Below the pieces are notes generated by a model, which saw nothing but the letters and a program-made list of their open reading frames with translations, had not been told where the DNA came from and did no database searches. Source: Pseudomonadota bacterium (GTDB lineage: Bacteria > Bdellovibrionota > FAC87 > UBA2466). From it: 41,875 nt of DNA. The translations under genes and the position numbers were made by a program. The stretch covers positions 1 to 41,875 of the forward strand of contig JAYSWN010000019.1 in the NCBI GenBank assembly GCA_043718025.1. Reading direction: 5' to 3'. Position 1 is the first letter of the stretch, and every line of letters starts with the position of its first letter. Shown here piece by piece: positions 1 through 9,045 of this stretch.

Positions 1-112
1 CGATAGTTTTCAATGCTGGGAAGATTGCCACGGATTCTTCGAACCCTCGCAAGGACGGAAATGGCGTTAACGCGCACCGCAGCGAACCGGACAGCAGTGA
101 GATGGGCACCTT

Positions 113-1051
113 TTAGGATTTTGCGGAGAGGATTGCTGCCGCAATGATTGGGGCGGCGTGATCGTCGCCGGTCAGTTTTTCTAACGAGCGCAGGCCGGTC
201 GGTGAGGTTACATTTACCTCCGACACTTTAGGTCCGATCATGTCGCTGCCGGCGAAGACGATCCCCTCTTTTTTCAAGAAGGCGCCCACTTTTTCCGCCG
301 CGCTTTTCTCTTCAGTGGTCATCGGTCGTTGGTGCGCGGCTCCGCCTTGCGCGAGATTCGCCACAATACTTCCTGCCTTAGGCAAGCGAACAAAGTCGCC
401 AAGAATTTCACCGTTTAGATACAGCACCCGGCGATCGCCCAGTTCGGTCACTTCGCGTTGCAGCGGCTGCACCATCATCATCTCTTTAAAGGTGAGCTTG
501 CCCAGATCAGTCACCGTGGTCTGAGTAATCTCTTCCCCACCGTGGCCAAGATAAGGCTTCACCACCAGATCGGAAAAGCCGTGCTCTTTGGCCCAAGATT
601 CGGCGCGAGGAATGGAACCAATAAAGGTCGGAATCAGATCCGATTCTTGTAGATAGCCCTGCCGTACCGCTTCGAACGGAATCATCTTTTCATGGTGCCG
701 AAGCAGCAGGCTGGCCCGGTTCATTTGAAAGACGGAATTTTCATACAAAGACAAATGCCAACACAAACGCACGTAGCTTCTGTCGAACGGAGGATCTTTG
801 CGAATAAAGAGGGCCGAAAAATCAGAGAGGTTGCGCTTCTCCCCACCGGCCGTGCCAGGAAGCCGATCTTTTAGAAAAGGCTCTAACCGCTCGACCGCAC
901 CCCACACTTCACTTCCACGCTGCCACAGATTTTCGGGGGTAACCCAATAAGTTTCCACTTTCTGGTGTATCGCCGCCCGCACCATGGCAAGCGAACTATC
1001 GCCGGTGGGATTTAAACGAGGAATCGGATCGCCAATGAAAAGAAACTTCAC
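113..1051 (-). CDS. gshB: Glutathione synthetase (ATP-grasp)
   Basis: 312 aa with GshB motifs: N-terminal F..DP....DSS.AM, IRKDPPFD..Y, KP..GHGG, GDRR, ANLAQGG, EVNVTSPTG. 4-bp ATGA-type overlap with ggt. Confidence 0.93.
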   Translation of the reverse strand: MKFLFIGDPIPRLNPTGDSSLAMVRAAIHQKVETYWVTPENLWQRGSEVWGAVERLEPFLKDRLPGTAGGEKRNLSDFSALFIRKDPPFDRSYVRLCWHLSLYENSVFQMNRASLLLRHHEKMIPFEAVRQGYLQESDLIPTFIGSIPRAESWAKEHGFSDLVVKPYLGHGGEEITQTTVTDLGKLTFKEMMMVQPLQREVTELGDRRVLYLNGEILGDFVRLPKAGSIVANLAQGGAAHQRPMTTEEKSAAEKVGAFLKKEGIVFAGSDMIGPKVSEVNVTSPTGLRSLEKLTGDDHAAPIIAAAILSAKS

Positions 1052-2814
1052 CGAGCCTCCGCTCCCCCTTCGTCGCGGGGATCAAACACCGCCACGAAAT
1101 CACCTTCGCCATTTTTTCCCACCGCTTCGATCTGCGCAAGCCAAGCCCAAGGCTCAACTTTATGCCCTTTTTTCTCCAGCTCCGCTTTCAACGAGGAGGG
1201 GAAACCACCTTCTAAGTCGATCTGCTCGGGCTTTCCTTGATGATGGATGCGCGGTGCAAAAACCGCGCGGCGAACATCTAGAGGATAAGTTACGGTGTTA
1301 TGAAAAACCACTTGGAACACGCTCGAGAGAATGCGTGAACCTCCCGCACCGCCCACGGCCAGCACCGGCATATTATTTTTCACGAGAATCGTTGGCGTCA
1401 TGCTCGACAGCGGCCGCTTGCGCGGTTGAATCGAATTGGCTTGAGAACCAATGAGGCCATAACTGTTCGGCTCGCCTGGCTTGGTACTAAAATCGTCCAT
1501 CTCGTTGTTCAAAATAATTCCCGTACCCGGCACCCCAACGCCCGAACCAAAAGTGCCATTTATCGTGATCGTTGAAGCCACGGCATTGCCCAAGGCATCC
1601 ATGGCCGAAAGGTGAGCCGTGCCTTTGTCATCGGGAGGAAGGGGCTTCGACTTCGGAGCCACGGCCACGCTTAACGAATCTCTAACTTTGGCGGCGAAAT
1701 CCTCTTTCAATAACCCCTGGTACTCTTTTCCAACGAAATCCGAATCACCAAAAATGCCACGCTCCATAAAATAAGCGCTCATCACCTTGCCCATTCTATC
1801 CACGTGCGTGGCCAAATCTACTTTGGAAGAGAGATCAAGCGGAGACAGCGTGGCGAGCATTCCCAACATCAAAACGCCGCCCGCACTCGGCGGTGGCGCC
1901 GTAACCACGTCGAAGCCCCTAAAAGACCCCAAAATCGGCCGCCGTTTAGCCATCTTGTACTCTTGCAAATCGCGCAGCTGCAACAATCCGCCACGGGCAT
2001 TCGCCGCTTTCACAATTGCCTTAGCAATCGTGCCGGTATGAAACGCCTTGTGCCCTTGCTTGGCGATGAGCCGGAGCGTGTTCGCCAAGTCTTTTTGCAC
2101 GAACGGTTCGCCTTCTTGCAACCAAGCGCCCTTTTCATTTTGAAAAAGTTTAGCCAGGTAAGGATCGGCCGAAAGCATTTTTTGCGATCGATCGATGTTG
2201 CGCGCAAACGAAAGATAGATAGGAAAACCGCGATCGGCGAGATCGATTGCCGGTTGCAGTACCCGCGCCCAGGGCATCGAGCCGTGGGCCTTATGAATTT
2301 CGTAGAGCCCTTTTACAAAACCCGGCGTGGCTACCGCGGCCCCACCCTCTACGCTCTTTCCGGCGATTACATTGCCAGTGGCGTCTTGAAACATTTTCCG
2401 CGTGGCTTTGAGCGGCGCGGTTTCGCGGAAGTCATAGAAGTACGTACTCCCCTTAGGATTTCGAAACAGAAAAAAACCACCGCCACCGATGCCGCACGAA
2501 AAGGGGCGCTCCACCGCCAAGGCGAAGGCGGTAGCAATTGAGGCATCGACTAAATTTCCCCCCTTTTCCAAAACGGCTTTACCCGCTTTTGACGAATGCG
2601 TGCCACCGGAGGCAATGGCCGACTGCCGGCCTTTTGCCGTACAGCAGGTGGCATCGCGTTTCCACTTTGAAAAATCGAGATGCGATTCGGAGTAGTACGC
2701 CGAAGAGGCCTGCCCCTCTGGCGTCAAGCCAGCTACCGGCGATGCTACGGGGCCCGAACTTTGGCAAGCAGGCAGCAGGAAAACGGTAAGAAAACAAACG
2801 AGTGAAAATTTCAT
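1048..2814 (-). CDS. ggt: Gamma-glutamyltransferase, predicted lipoprotein
   Basis: GGNLVDA, CGIGGGGF, DFRETAP, TAPPPSAGG, autoprocessing Thr in GTAHLSAMD, TITINGTFGSG, LNNEMDDFS, KRPLSSMTP, PRIHHQ, DPR. Lipobox LLPA-C in the signal peptide. Confidence 0.95.
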   Translation of the reverse strand: MKFSLVCFLTVFLLPACQSSGPVASPVAGLTPEGQASSAYYSESHLDFSKWKRDATCCTAKGRQSAIASGGTHSSKAGKAVLEKGGNLVDASIATAFALAVERPFSCGIGGGGFFLFRNPKGSTYFYDFRETAPLKATRKMFQDATGNVIAGKSVEGGAAVATPGFVKGLYEIHKAHGSMPWARVLQPAIDLADRGFPIYLSFARNIDRSQKMLSADPYLAKLFQNEKGAWLQEGEPFVQKDLANTLRLIAKQGHKAFHTGTIAKAIVKAANARGGLLQLRDLQEYKMAKRRPILGSFRGFDVVTAPPPSAGGVLMLGMLATLSPLDLSSKVDLATHVDRMGKVMSAYFMERGIFGDSDFVGKEYQGLLKEDFAAKVRDSLSVAVAPKSKPLPPDDKGTAHLSAMDALGNAVASTITINGTFGSGVGVPGTGIILNNEMDDFSTKPGEPNSYGLIGSQANSIQPRKRPLSSMTPTILVKNNMPVLAVGGAGGSRILSSVFQVVFHNTVTYPLDVRRAVFAPRIHHQGKPEQIDLEGGFPSSLKAELEKKGHKVEPWAWLAQIEAVGKNGEGDFVAVFDPRDEGGAEAR

Positions 2815-2822
2815 AGTGGCGA

Positions 2823-2851
2823 AAGGTACTTTCTGAAGGCCGCTTCGGCAA
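2823..2851 (-). promoter_or_regulatory. Putative sigma70 promoter of ggt-gshB
   Basis: TTGCCG (2851-2846)-N17-TACCTT (2828-2823), ending 8 nt before the ggt ATG; no SD sequence visible. Confidence 0.4.
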
Positions 2852-2925
2852 GGCGCACTTAGCGTAGGTCGCTTTCCCCACCTTCACCGATTGAGCAAAG
2901 AATTGGCTTACAACGAAAAGAGAAA

Positions 2926-3756
2926 ATGTTTAAACCGAGAATGCCTAAGATTGCCGTAATTCAAATGACGTCTAGCGCCAACCTTGAAGAGAACCTGCGC
3001 CTTATGGAAAGCCGAGTAAAAGAGGCCGCCCAGGCAGGCGCATACCTCGTAGCCTTTCCCGAAATGGCCTACTTTATTGGGCCACAGATTCAGAGTTTGG
3101 CCACCGTCGACAAGTTCGAGCCTATCTTCGAGCGCTTTTCGAAATGGGCGCAAGATTATGAAATTGCCGTGCTACCTGGCTCGGTGCGTGAACCAGTGCC
3201 CAATTCTCCGGGGCGTTATTTCAATACGTTGCCGGTTTTTTCGGTGGAAGGAACGCCAACGGCTTACTACCGCAAGATCCATCTTTTTCGCGCGACTCTT
3301 GGCGAGCACAACTATTTTGAGGGTCACTATTGCGAGGCCGGTTCCGACATTGTGGTCACCGAAATTGCCGGCATGAAGGTGGGACTGGCGATCTGCTTCG
3401 ACTTGCGTTTTCCCGAGCTATTTCGGGCGCTGAAAAAGCGTGGAGCTGAAGTGGTTATTCTGCCCTCCGCCTTTACCGCACCAACGGGCCAGGCCCATTG
3501 GGAGACTTTGATCCGGGCCCGGGCCATTGAAAACCAATTCTTTATGGTAGCGCCGGGACAGACCGGCATCACCGGCGAAAATAAACCCACTTACGGCCAC
3601 TCCATGGTGGTGGGCCCCTGGGGCGAAACGGTGGGCGAACTTCAGTCCGATCCCGACATTCTGTTCGTGGATATCGACACCGCAAAGATTGCGGAGTGTT
3701 CGGCCAAAGTTTCGGCTTGGGAATGCCAAAACTCAGACCTGCTGCCAATTGCGTAG
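2926..3756 (+). CDS. Carbon-nitrogen hydrolase, Nit1/deaminated glutathione amidase-like
   Basis: Nitrilase-superfamily triad motifs FPE, YRKIHLF, ICFDLRFPE, plus ARAIENQ and TYGHSMVVGPWG typical of Nit1/YbeM. Start may be ATG 2941. Confidence 0.85.
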   Translation: MFKPRMPKIAVIQMTSSANLEENLRLMESRVKEAAQAGAYLVAFPEMAYFIGPQIQSLATVDKFEPIFERFSKWAQDYEIAVLPGSVREPVPNSPGRYFNTLPVFSVEGTPTAYYRKIHLFRATLGEHNYFEGHYCEAGSDIVVTEIAGMKVGLAICFDLRFPELFRALKKRGAEVVILPSAFTAPTGQAHWETLIRARAIENQFFMVAPGQTGITGENKPTYGHSMVVGPWGETVGELQSDPDILFVDIDTAKIAECSAKVSAWECQNSDLLPIA

Positions 3757-3810
3757 CGGCGGGGGGTGGATTACTCTGCGGGCTCTAGTTTTTCAGTTGA
3801 GGATCGCTTC

Positions 3811-5898
3811 ATGACAACACTGCTTTGGACGCTCGCCTTCGTGGCCGGAATCGGCTTTTTCGTCTTCCAGATCTGGGGCCGCATGGGGGTTTTACTCACC
3901 CTTCGCAAAGACGACGGGCGCGACTACTCGCAAAAGACTTGGGGCAAGCGGGTTAAAAACACGATCCTCTACGCCTTCGGCCAATATAAATTTTTTTTAG
4001 GCGACCAGCCGTCGGGCTGGATGCACATCATTATTTTTTGGGGGTTCATGACCCTTTCCCTGCAAGTGGTCACCATGTTTTTGCGTGGCTGGATTTGGGA
4101 TTTCCGCATTCCGGGTTTGGGTGGCGAACACCTAGGCCCCGCTTACGCCTTCGCCAAAGATTTTTTTCAGGCCGGCGTGTTGATTGCGGTGGGCATTGCC
4201 CTATTTCGCTGGTTGGTGGTCCGCCCCACCCGTCTCTACGGCTTTTTGCCCGCCGAAGCCAAATTGAAATCGCAGTCGCACGGTGAGGCGATTCTGATTT
4301 TGTTCTTTATCGGCACGATCATGACTTCGGGTTTTATTTACGACGCCGCACTTTTGGTCGTGCTACCCAACGACCCCCATCTCAGCAAAGAGATGTTGTG
4401 GCAGCCCATTACCTGGCGCTTGGCCAATTACCTTTCGGTTTATCCGGCTTTGTCGTCACAGCTCGTCGATATTTCCTGGTGGGTGCACAACCTAGTGGTG
4501 CTGGTTTTTTTAAACCTTCTACCGAGCTCCAAGCACTTTCATATCATCACCGCAATTCCCAACGTATTCTTCGGCAAGCTTGAAGCCGCCGGTTGGTTGA
4601 GTAAAAAAGACTACTCTGGTGAAGATCCGCTTTTTGGCCGGTCGCAGCCGACTCATTTTACTTGGAAACAAATGCTAGACGCCTATAGCTGCACCGAGTG
4701 TGGCCGTTGTTCCTCGTTTTGTCCCGCCACGGCAACGGGTAAGCCTTTAGCCCCGCGACAGTTTCTTTTGAATCTGCGCGACAATGTTTACGGACAACAA
4801 AATGCCGTCATTGCCGCCGGAAAAAAAACCGGCACCGACAACGCGGCCACTTTTGACGTGGTGGTGGGCGAAGGCAAAGCCATTGCCGACGACGTGATCT
4901 GGTCGTGCGTCACCTGTCGCGCGTGCGAAGAGATGTGCCCGGTTAACATCGAATATGTCGATAAAATCGTCGATATTCGCCAGCACTTAGTGCAAGAGGC
5001 CGCGCGGTTTCCCGAAGAGCTAAACCGCACCTTTAAGGGCTTAGAAAACAATTCGAACCCGTGGGGCATCTCCTCCGAAGAACGCGCCGCGTGGGCCGAG
5101 GGCTTAGACGTGCCGACCATCGATGAAAAGCCCGACGCCGAGTACTTGTACTTTGTTGGTTGCGGCGGTGCTTTCGATCAAAAACACAAGAAGGCCACTC
5201 AGTCCTTCGTAAAGATCATGAAAGAGGCCGGCGTGTCCTTTGCCATCCTCGGTAAAAAAGAGCTGTGCAACGGCGAAACCGCCCGACGGCTCGGCAATGA
5301 GTACCTCTACCAAACCATGGCGGAAGGGCTCACCACCATGATCAACGGCTACGGCGTGAAGAAAGTTTTGGTCAACTGTCCGCACTGCTTTAACACGATG
5401 AAGCACGAGTACCCGGCCTTCGGCGGCAAATGGGAAGTGGAGGCGGCGGCGGTATTTACCAAAAAACTGATCGACGACGGTAAGCTCAAAGTGAAAAATG
5501 AAACGCTTGGAAACAAGAACGTGGTTTACCACGACTCATGTTACTTCGGCCGGCACAACGGCATTTACGAAGAGCCACGCCAAGTGCTCTCCGCCATTCC
5601 CGGCGCCAAACTCACTGAGATGACCATGAACCGCCGCGAAGGCACCTGCTGCGGAGCGGGCGGCGGACGGATGTGGGTGGAAGAAAAAGCAGACCAGCGC
5701 GTAAACGTGATGCGCACCGAGCAAGCGCTCGAGAAAAAACCGGACGTCATTGCAACCTCCTGCCCCTTCTGCCGCATTATGATGGGCAGCGGAGTGAATG
5801 AAAAAGGATTGGGCGAACAGGTGGAAGTGATGGACGTGATGGAGCTCGTGGCGAATAACATCGACGCTAAGCCCGCGTCTCCAGCACCGGCAACGTAA
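3811..5898 (+). CDS. Membrane-anchored Fe-S oxidoreductase (FadF/HdrD-like)
   Basis: About 5-6 hydrophobic segments with His residues; ferredoxin motifs CTECGRCSSFCP and CVTCRACEEMCP; two CCG-type domains (CNG, CPHC, YHDSC, CCGAGG, SCPFC). ATG 3811 has GAGGA upstream; the ORF track starts at GTG 3766. Confidence 0.88.
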   Translation: MTTLLWTLAFVAGIGFFVFQIWGRMGVLLTLRKDDGRDYSQKTWGKRVKNTILYAFGQYKFFLGDQPSGWMHIIIFWGFMTLSLQVVTMFLRGWIWDFRIPGLGGEHLGPAYAFAKDFFQAGVLIAVGIALFRWLVVRPTRLYGFLPAEAKLKSQSHGEAILILFFIGTIMTSGFIYDAALLVVLPNDPHLSKEMLWQPITWRLANYLSVYPALSSQLVDISWWVHNLVVLVFLNLLPSSKHFHIITAIPNVFFGKLEAAGWLSKKDYSGEDPLFGRSQPTHFTWKQMLDAYSCTECGRCSSFCPATATGKPLAPRQFLLNLRDNVYGQQNAVIAAGKKTGTDNAATFDVVVGEGKAIADDVIWSCVTCRACEEMCPVNIEYVDKIVDIRQHLVQEAARFPEELNRTFKGLENNSNPWGISSEERAAWAEGLDVPTIDEKPDAEYLYFVGCGGAFDQKHKKATQSFVKIMKEAGVSFAILGKKELCNGETARRLGNEYLYQTMAEGLTTMINGYGVKKVLVNCPHCFNTMKHEYPAFGGKWEVEAAAVFTKKLIDDGKLKVKNETLGNKNVVYHDSCYFGRHNGIYEEPRQVLSAIPGAKLTEMTMNRREGTCCGAGGGRMWVEEKADQRVNVMRTEQALEKKPDVIATSCPFCRIMMGSGVNEKGLGEQVEVMDVMELVANNIDAKPASPAPAT

Positions 5899-5901
5899 GG
5901 C

Positions 5902-6777
5902 ATGAAGTTCGACCAGCTTCAGTATTTTTTTGCGGTTTCCAAAACCCAGCACATTGGCAAAGCGGCCAAGCAGCTAAACATCAGCCCTAGCGCGGTTAGC
6001 CACAGCATTGCGATGCTGGAAGAAAAGCTGGGACGGCCGTTAGTTGAGAAAACCGGGAAAAATATTTGCCTAACCGCTCACGGTAAAAGATTGGCCGAAC
6101 GCGCCGAAAAGATCCTTGCCGAAATTGAAAACACCAAAAATGAAATCGCCGCCGGCGATATTGAATGGCAGGGCACATTTCGCATCGGAGCGACCCACGG
6201 CCTCGTCGATAAATGGGTGGTTCCGTCGTGGGCCCCCATCCAAAAAGCCCACCCCCAGGTGATGACCGAGTTCTTCTCTTTTCGTTCTTCGCAAGTGGTG
6301 GAAAACGTGCATAACGGGATGTTAGACGTTGGATTCTGTTTTGCGCCCCTTCCCACTCCTGGCGTAACGGTGGAAAAACTCTACGACGTGCCCTTACGTT
6401 TGGTCGTACGCCCTCGTCACAAAGCGCTCACGCTCAAACCGGCGGCGTTAATTCAATGGCTGAACGATACCCCCTGCGCCTTGCCCAAAGCCTTTCACGG
6501 CATCGACGTTTGCGAACAACATCCCGAGTTGAGTTTTTTCAAAATCACTCCCCAGTTAAGATTTGTTTTTGATGCTTACGACGTAGCGGCGGCCTATCTC
6601 GGCACCTCTGACGCTTGGGCGCTTATCCCCGAGCCATTCTGCAGCTGGCATCGCTTAGCGACACTGCCGCTACCAGGATGGAAAGCTACCACTACCGTGG
6701 CGGCGGTTTCTCCGAAGGGACGCGCCTTGCCGCGGCCGTTGGTCGAGCTCTGTAAATCGCTCACCTTGCCGAATTGA
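5902..6777 (+). CDS. LysR-family transcriptional regulator
   Basis: N-terminal HTH (QLQYF..V....HIGKAAKQLNISPSAVSHSIAMLEEKLG, LTAHG) plus a substrate-binding domain; 291 aa. Confidence 0.92.
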   Translation: MKFDQLQYFFAVSKTQHIGKAAKQLNISPSAVSHSIAMLEEKLGRPLVEKTGKNICLTAHGKRLAERAEKILAEIENTKNEIAAGDIEWQGTFRIGATHGLVDKWVVPSWAPIQKAHPQVMTEFFSFRSSQVVENVHNGMLDVGFCFAPLPTPGVTVEKLYDVPLRLVVRPRHKALTLKPAALIQWLNDTPCALPKAFHGIDVCEQHPELSFFKITPQLRFVFDAYDVAAAYLGTSDAWALIPEPFCSWHRLATLPLPGWKATTTVAAVSPKGRALPRPLVELCKSLTLPN

Positions 6778-6799
6778 AAAAACGGTTGGCTCACATTTT

Positions 6800-8968
6800 T
6801 TATCTAACCCCGTCCACTTTTACGTAGCGGGCGCCAAACGACTCGGTCACGATCTTGCGCAGACCGCTTACCACCACAAAATCGCGAACCACCGCGGTTG
6901 GATTTCGGCCTTCCTGCAATTGCCTCAAGGCGTTGAGTTGAGCCACCTCAACCTGCTTTATCACGTCAGATTTTCCGTACAGGGTGGGCTCTCGCGACCA
7001 GTCTTGGAGTAACAGTTTCACTTCCAAATTAGATTGGCTTAAAGAGCCGTCCTTCAGGGCGATTAGCGATTGAATGCGATCTATCAAATGGGGAGTCACC
7101 ACTTGCTTGAGCTCTGGCTTCAGAGCCTTTAATAGCTGCGGCAGTTCCCGGTTCCACTGCAGATCAATCAGGGCTTGGCCCCGCTCGTCAGAACTTTCGC
7201 CGTAATGATGCCGGTACCACGCATTCCAAGCGTCCATCGGTATGCCGTAGTTGGGATCTTTCATTTTGCTCTGCACCCGATCGACAATGGGGGCCAACTC
7301 CGGCCAGTAATGGTCAGCCGATACCGTGCGAAAATCAAATCCTACATTGGGTCGGCCATTCGGCCCCGCGCCATAAACATCGGGACCACGAAAATCCACG
7401 TGCCCCTTTTGCCTCGGAACCCATTTCCCCGCGTGAATGACCGTATTCAACATCTTGCGTACCCGCGGACCGTAGTATTGGGGACTGGTGGGGCCAAAAG
7501 TGTGAATTCCATCTTCCTCTCTCACCTCGATGGGCTCACCCTGTTCAACGAGGCGAAAGGCTTCGATAAGGCCCAACCGCCGCTCCATTTCCAAAGCCGC
7601 CGGCACACTGGCTTTGGCCGACATTTCATCAACCACGTGGGCGTGCAGGGAGGTCGGCTGCATTCCCATTAACGCTTGCAACTTCCAGGTGCTTTCGATG
7701 ACTTGCGAGGTCGATAGCCCCTCTTGGCGTCCGGCGCGCAGTTTGAGTTCGAGACCGTGTGAAGGCCTAGCCTCTTCCGACAAGTTCTCGACCAACGGCT
7801 CGAAAAGGGCGCCGGTAAACACCCGGTGCCGACCGACGGGATAGAACTTTCCGAATAGGGTGGTGGGGGCCACAAAGTCGACCACCACGTTGGACGGAGG
7901 CCGTAACCCAAATAGGGAGCGATCCTGGTTCCACTCTTCGTGCCCCCGAATTTTTCTCCGTCGCTCCAGCATTCTCGCGATGCCGAAATGGCGCAACAGA
8001 TCGGCGGCCACGTTTTTGGGAACCCCTCGCATGTTCTGTTTTCGCCAATCGAGCCCCAACGCCGTCATTTGGGTTTTCCACTCGAGAAAGGCAGGGGAAA
8101 CGACGGTTTCATCGGTCACCTCCATTGCGCCAGCCGTAAATGCCAGTTGGCGATTCGACATAGACTCCCGGTGATTGCGCACTTCGTCGCCGCCCATCAC
8201 TTCAAGAAAGTCCGCCTGAAGTTGCGGTGAGAGATCCTTTAACTTCGGCTGGTCGCCCCCGAGTTTCTCCCTGAGCCGCAAGTACTGAGTGCAACGATCG
8301 AAAGCCGATGAAGGCCGGTATTCATCCGGCGGTAGAATAAACGGAATGGTAAGTTCGGCCAGGGGAAGCGCCAATGGCAGATCCGCGAGAAACGCGTGCG
8401 GATCACGCTCCGCCAAGATGGCCAGCACCTCAGTCGGCACCTCTTCGACGGTGAGCTTGAAAATTTCATTGTACGCGGCTTCAAAACTTAGCTTAGCGAG
8501 CGCCGGAATTTGGCTTCTGACGGCCTCCACGTCCACGGGGCTGAGGTGGGGAAGTAGCTCGCGCAAAGTTCGTCCCCTACTCATTTTTTGGGCGTGTAAG
8601 TCGTCTAAAATTTCAACCCGTAGGGCGGACGGCAAACTTTTCCACCGGAGGGCCAGAATCACTTCGCGAGTTTTTTTGGCTCCCCCGGCGGCCTCCAAAT
8701 ACTTGACCAGTGGCCACGGTATTTCGTGAGCCGCGAGCAAAGGCGCCAGCGTGCCGGTGGTAGTTTCGGAATGCTCGACCACGGCCTGGCTTAGGGTGAA
8801 ATAATGATCAAACTCCGATTCCATTTCAATGCCGGTCTGCCCAAAAAGACGGAGGCTTTTTTTACAATCGATTGTATTGAAGGCCTTCCCAATGGAAGGC
8901 GCTAGTAAGAATATAAAAAATAGCCCGTATAGGCGGAAACGGCAGTAATGGGTGAGGGGCAACGACAT
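6800..8968 (-). CDS. Large hypothetical secreted protein, possible amidoligase/GCL-like fold
   Basis: Long uninterrupted ORF. From ATG 8968 there is a signal-peptide-like N-terminus (RFRLYGLFFIFLLAPSIGKA). Motifs GIEMESE, HGLELK, SLHAHV and GFDFR are present. Product unknown. Confidence 0.75.
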   Translation of the reverse strand: MSLPLTHYCRFRLYGLFFIFLLAPSIGKAFNTIDCKKSLRLFGQTGIEMESEFDHYFTLSQAVVEHSETTTGTLAPLLAAHEIPWPLVKYLEAAGGAKKTREVILALRWKSLPSALRVEILDDLHAQKMSRGRTLRELLPHLSPVDVEAVRSQIPALAKLSFEAAYNEIFKLTVEEVPTEVLAILAERDPHAFLADLPLALPLAELTIPFILPPDEYRPSSAFDRCTQYLRLREKLGGDQPKLKDLSPQLQADFLEVMGGDEVRNHRESMSNRQLAFTAGAMEVTDETVVSPAFLEWKTQMTALGLDWRKQNMRGVPKNVAADLLRHFGIARMLERRRKIRGHEEWNQDRSLFGLRPPSNVVVDFVAPTTLFGKFYPVGRHRVFTGALFEPLVENLSEEARPSHGLELKLRAGRQEGLSTSQVIESTWKLQALMGMQPTSLHAHVVDEMSAKASVPAALEMERRLGLIEAFRLVEQGEPIEVREEDGIHTFGPTSPQYYGPRVRKMLNTVIHAGKWVPRQKGHVDFRGPDVYGAGPNGRPNVGFDFRTVSADHYWPELAPIVDRVQSKMKDPNYGIPMDAWNAWYRHHYGESSDERGQALIDLQWNRELPQLLKALKPELKQVVTPHLIDRIQSLIALKDGSLSQSNLEVKLLLQDWSREPTLYGKSDVIKQVEVAQLNALRQLQEGRNPTAVVRDFVVVSGLRKIVTESFGARYVKVDGVR

Positions 8969-8990
8969 GTTGGGGGTGTGGTTAACGCGT

Positions 8991-8999
8991 ATTCTACCA
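8991..8999 (-). promoter_or_regulatory. Extended -10 element for the hypothetical gene
   Basis: TGGTAGAAT (TGn-TAnnnT) 22 nt upstream of ATG 8968, which supports that start over TTG 9022. Confidence 0.45.
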
Positions 9000-9045
9000 C
9001 GGGATTGATAACTCGGACCCAATCTCGTCGGACCTTGGAAAAAAC

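Noticed and set aside
1..116. Possible 3' end of a + strand gene or 5' start of a - strand gene at the window edge
   Set aside because: Several frames are open and the stretch is too short to choose between them.
1804..2541. 245-aa + strand ORF and other long shadow ORFs opposite known genes
   Set aside because: They are antisense to well-supported CDSs and have Arg-rich, non-protein-like composition typical of shadow frames.
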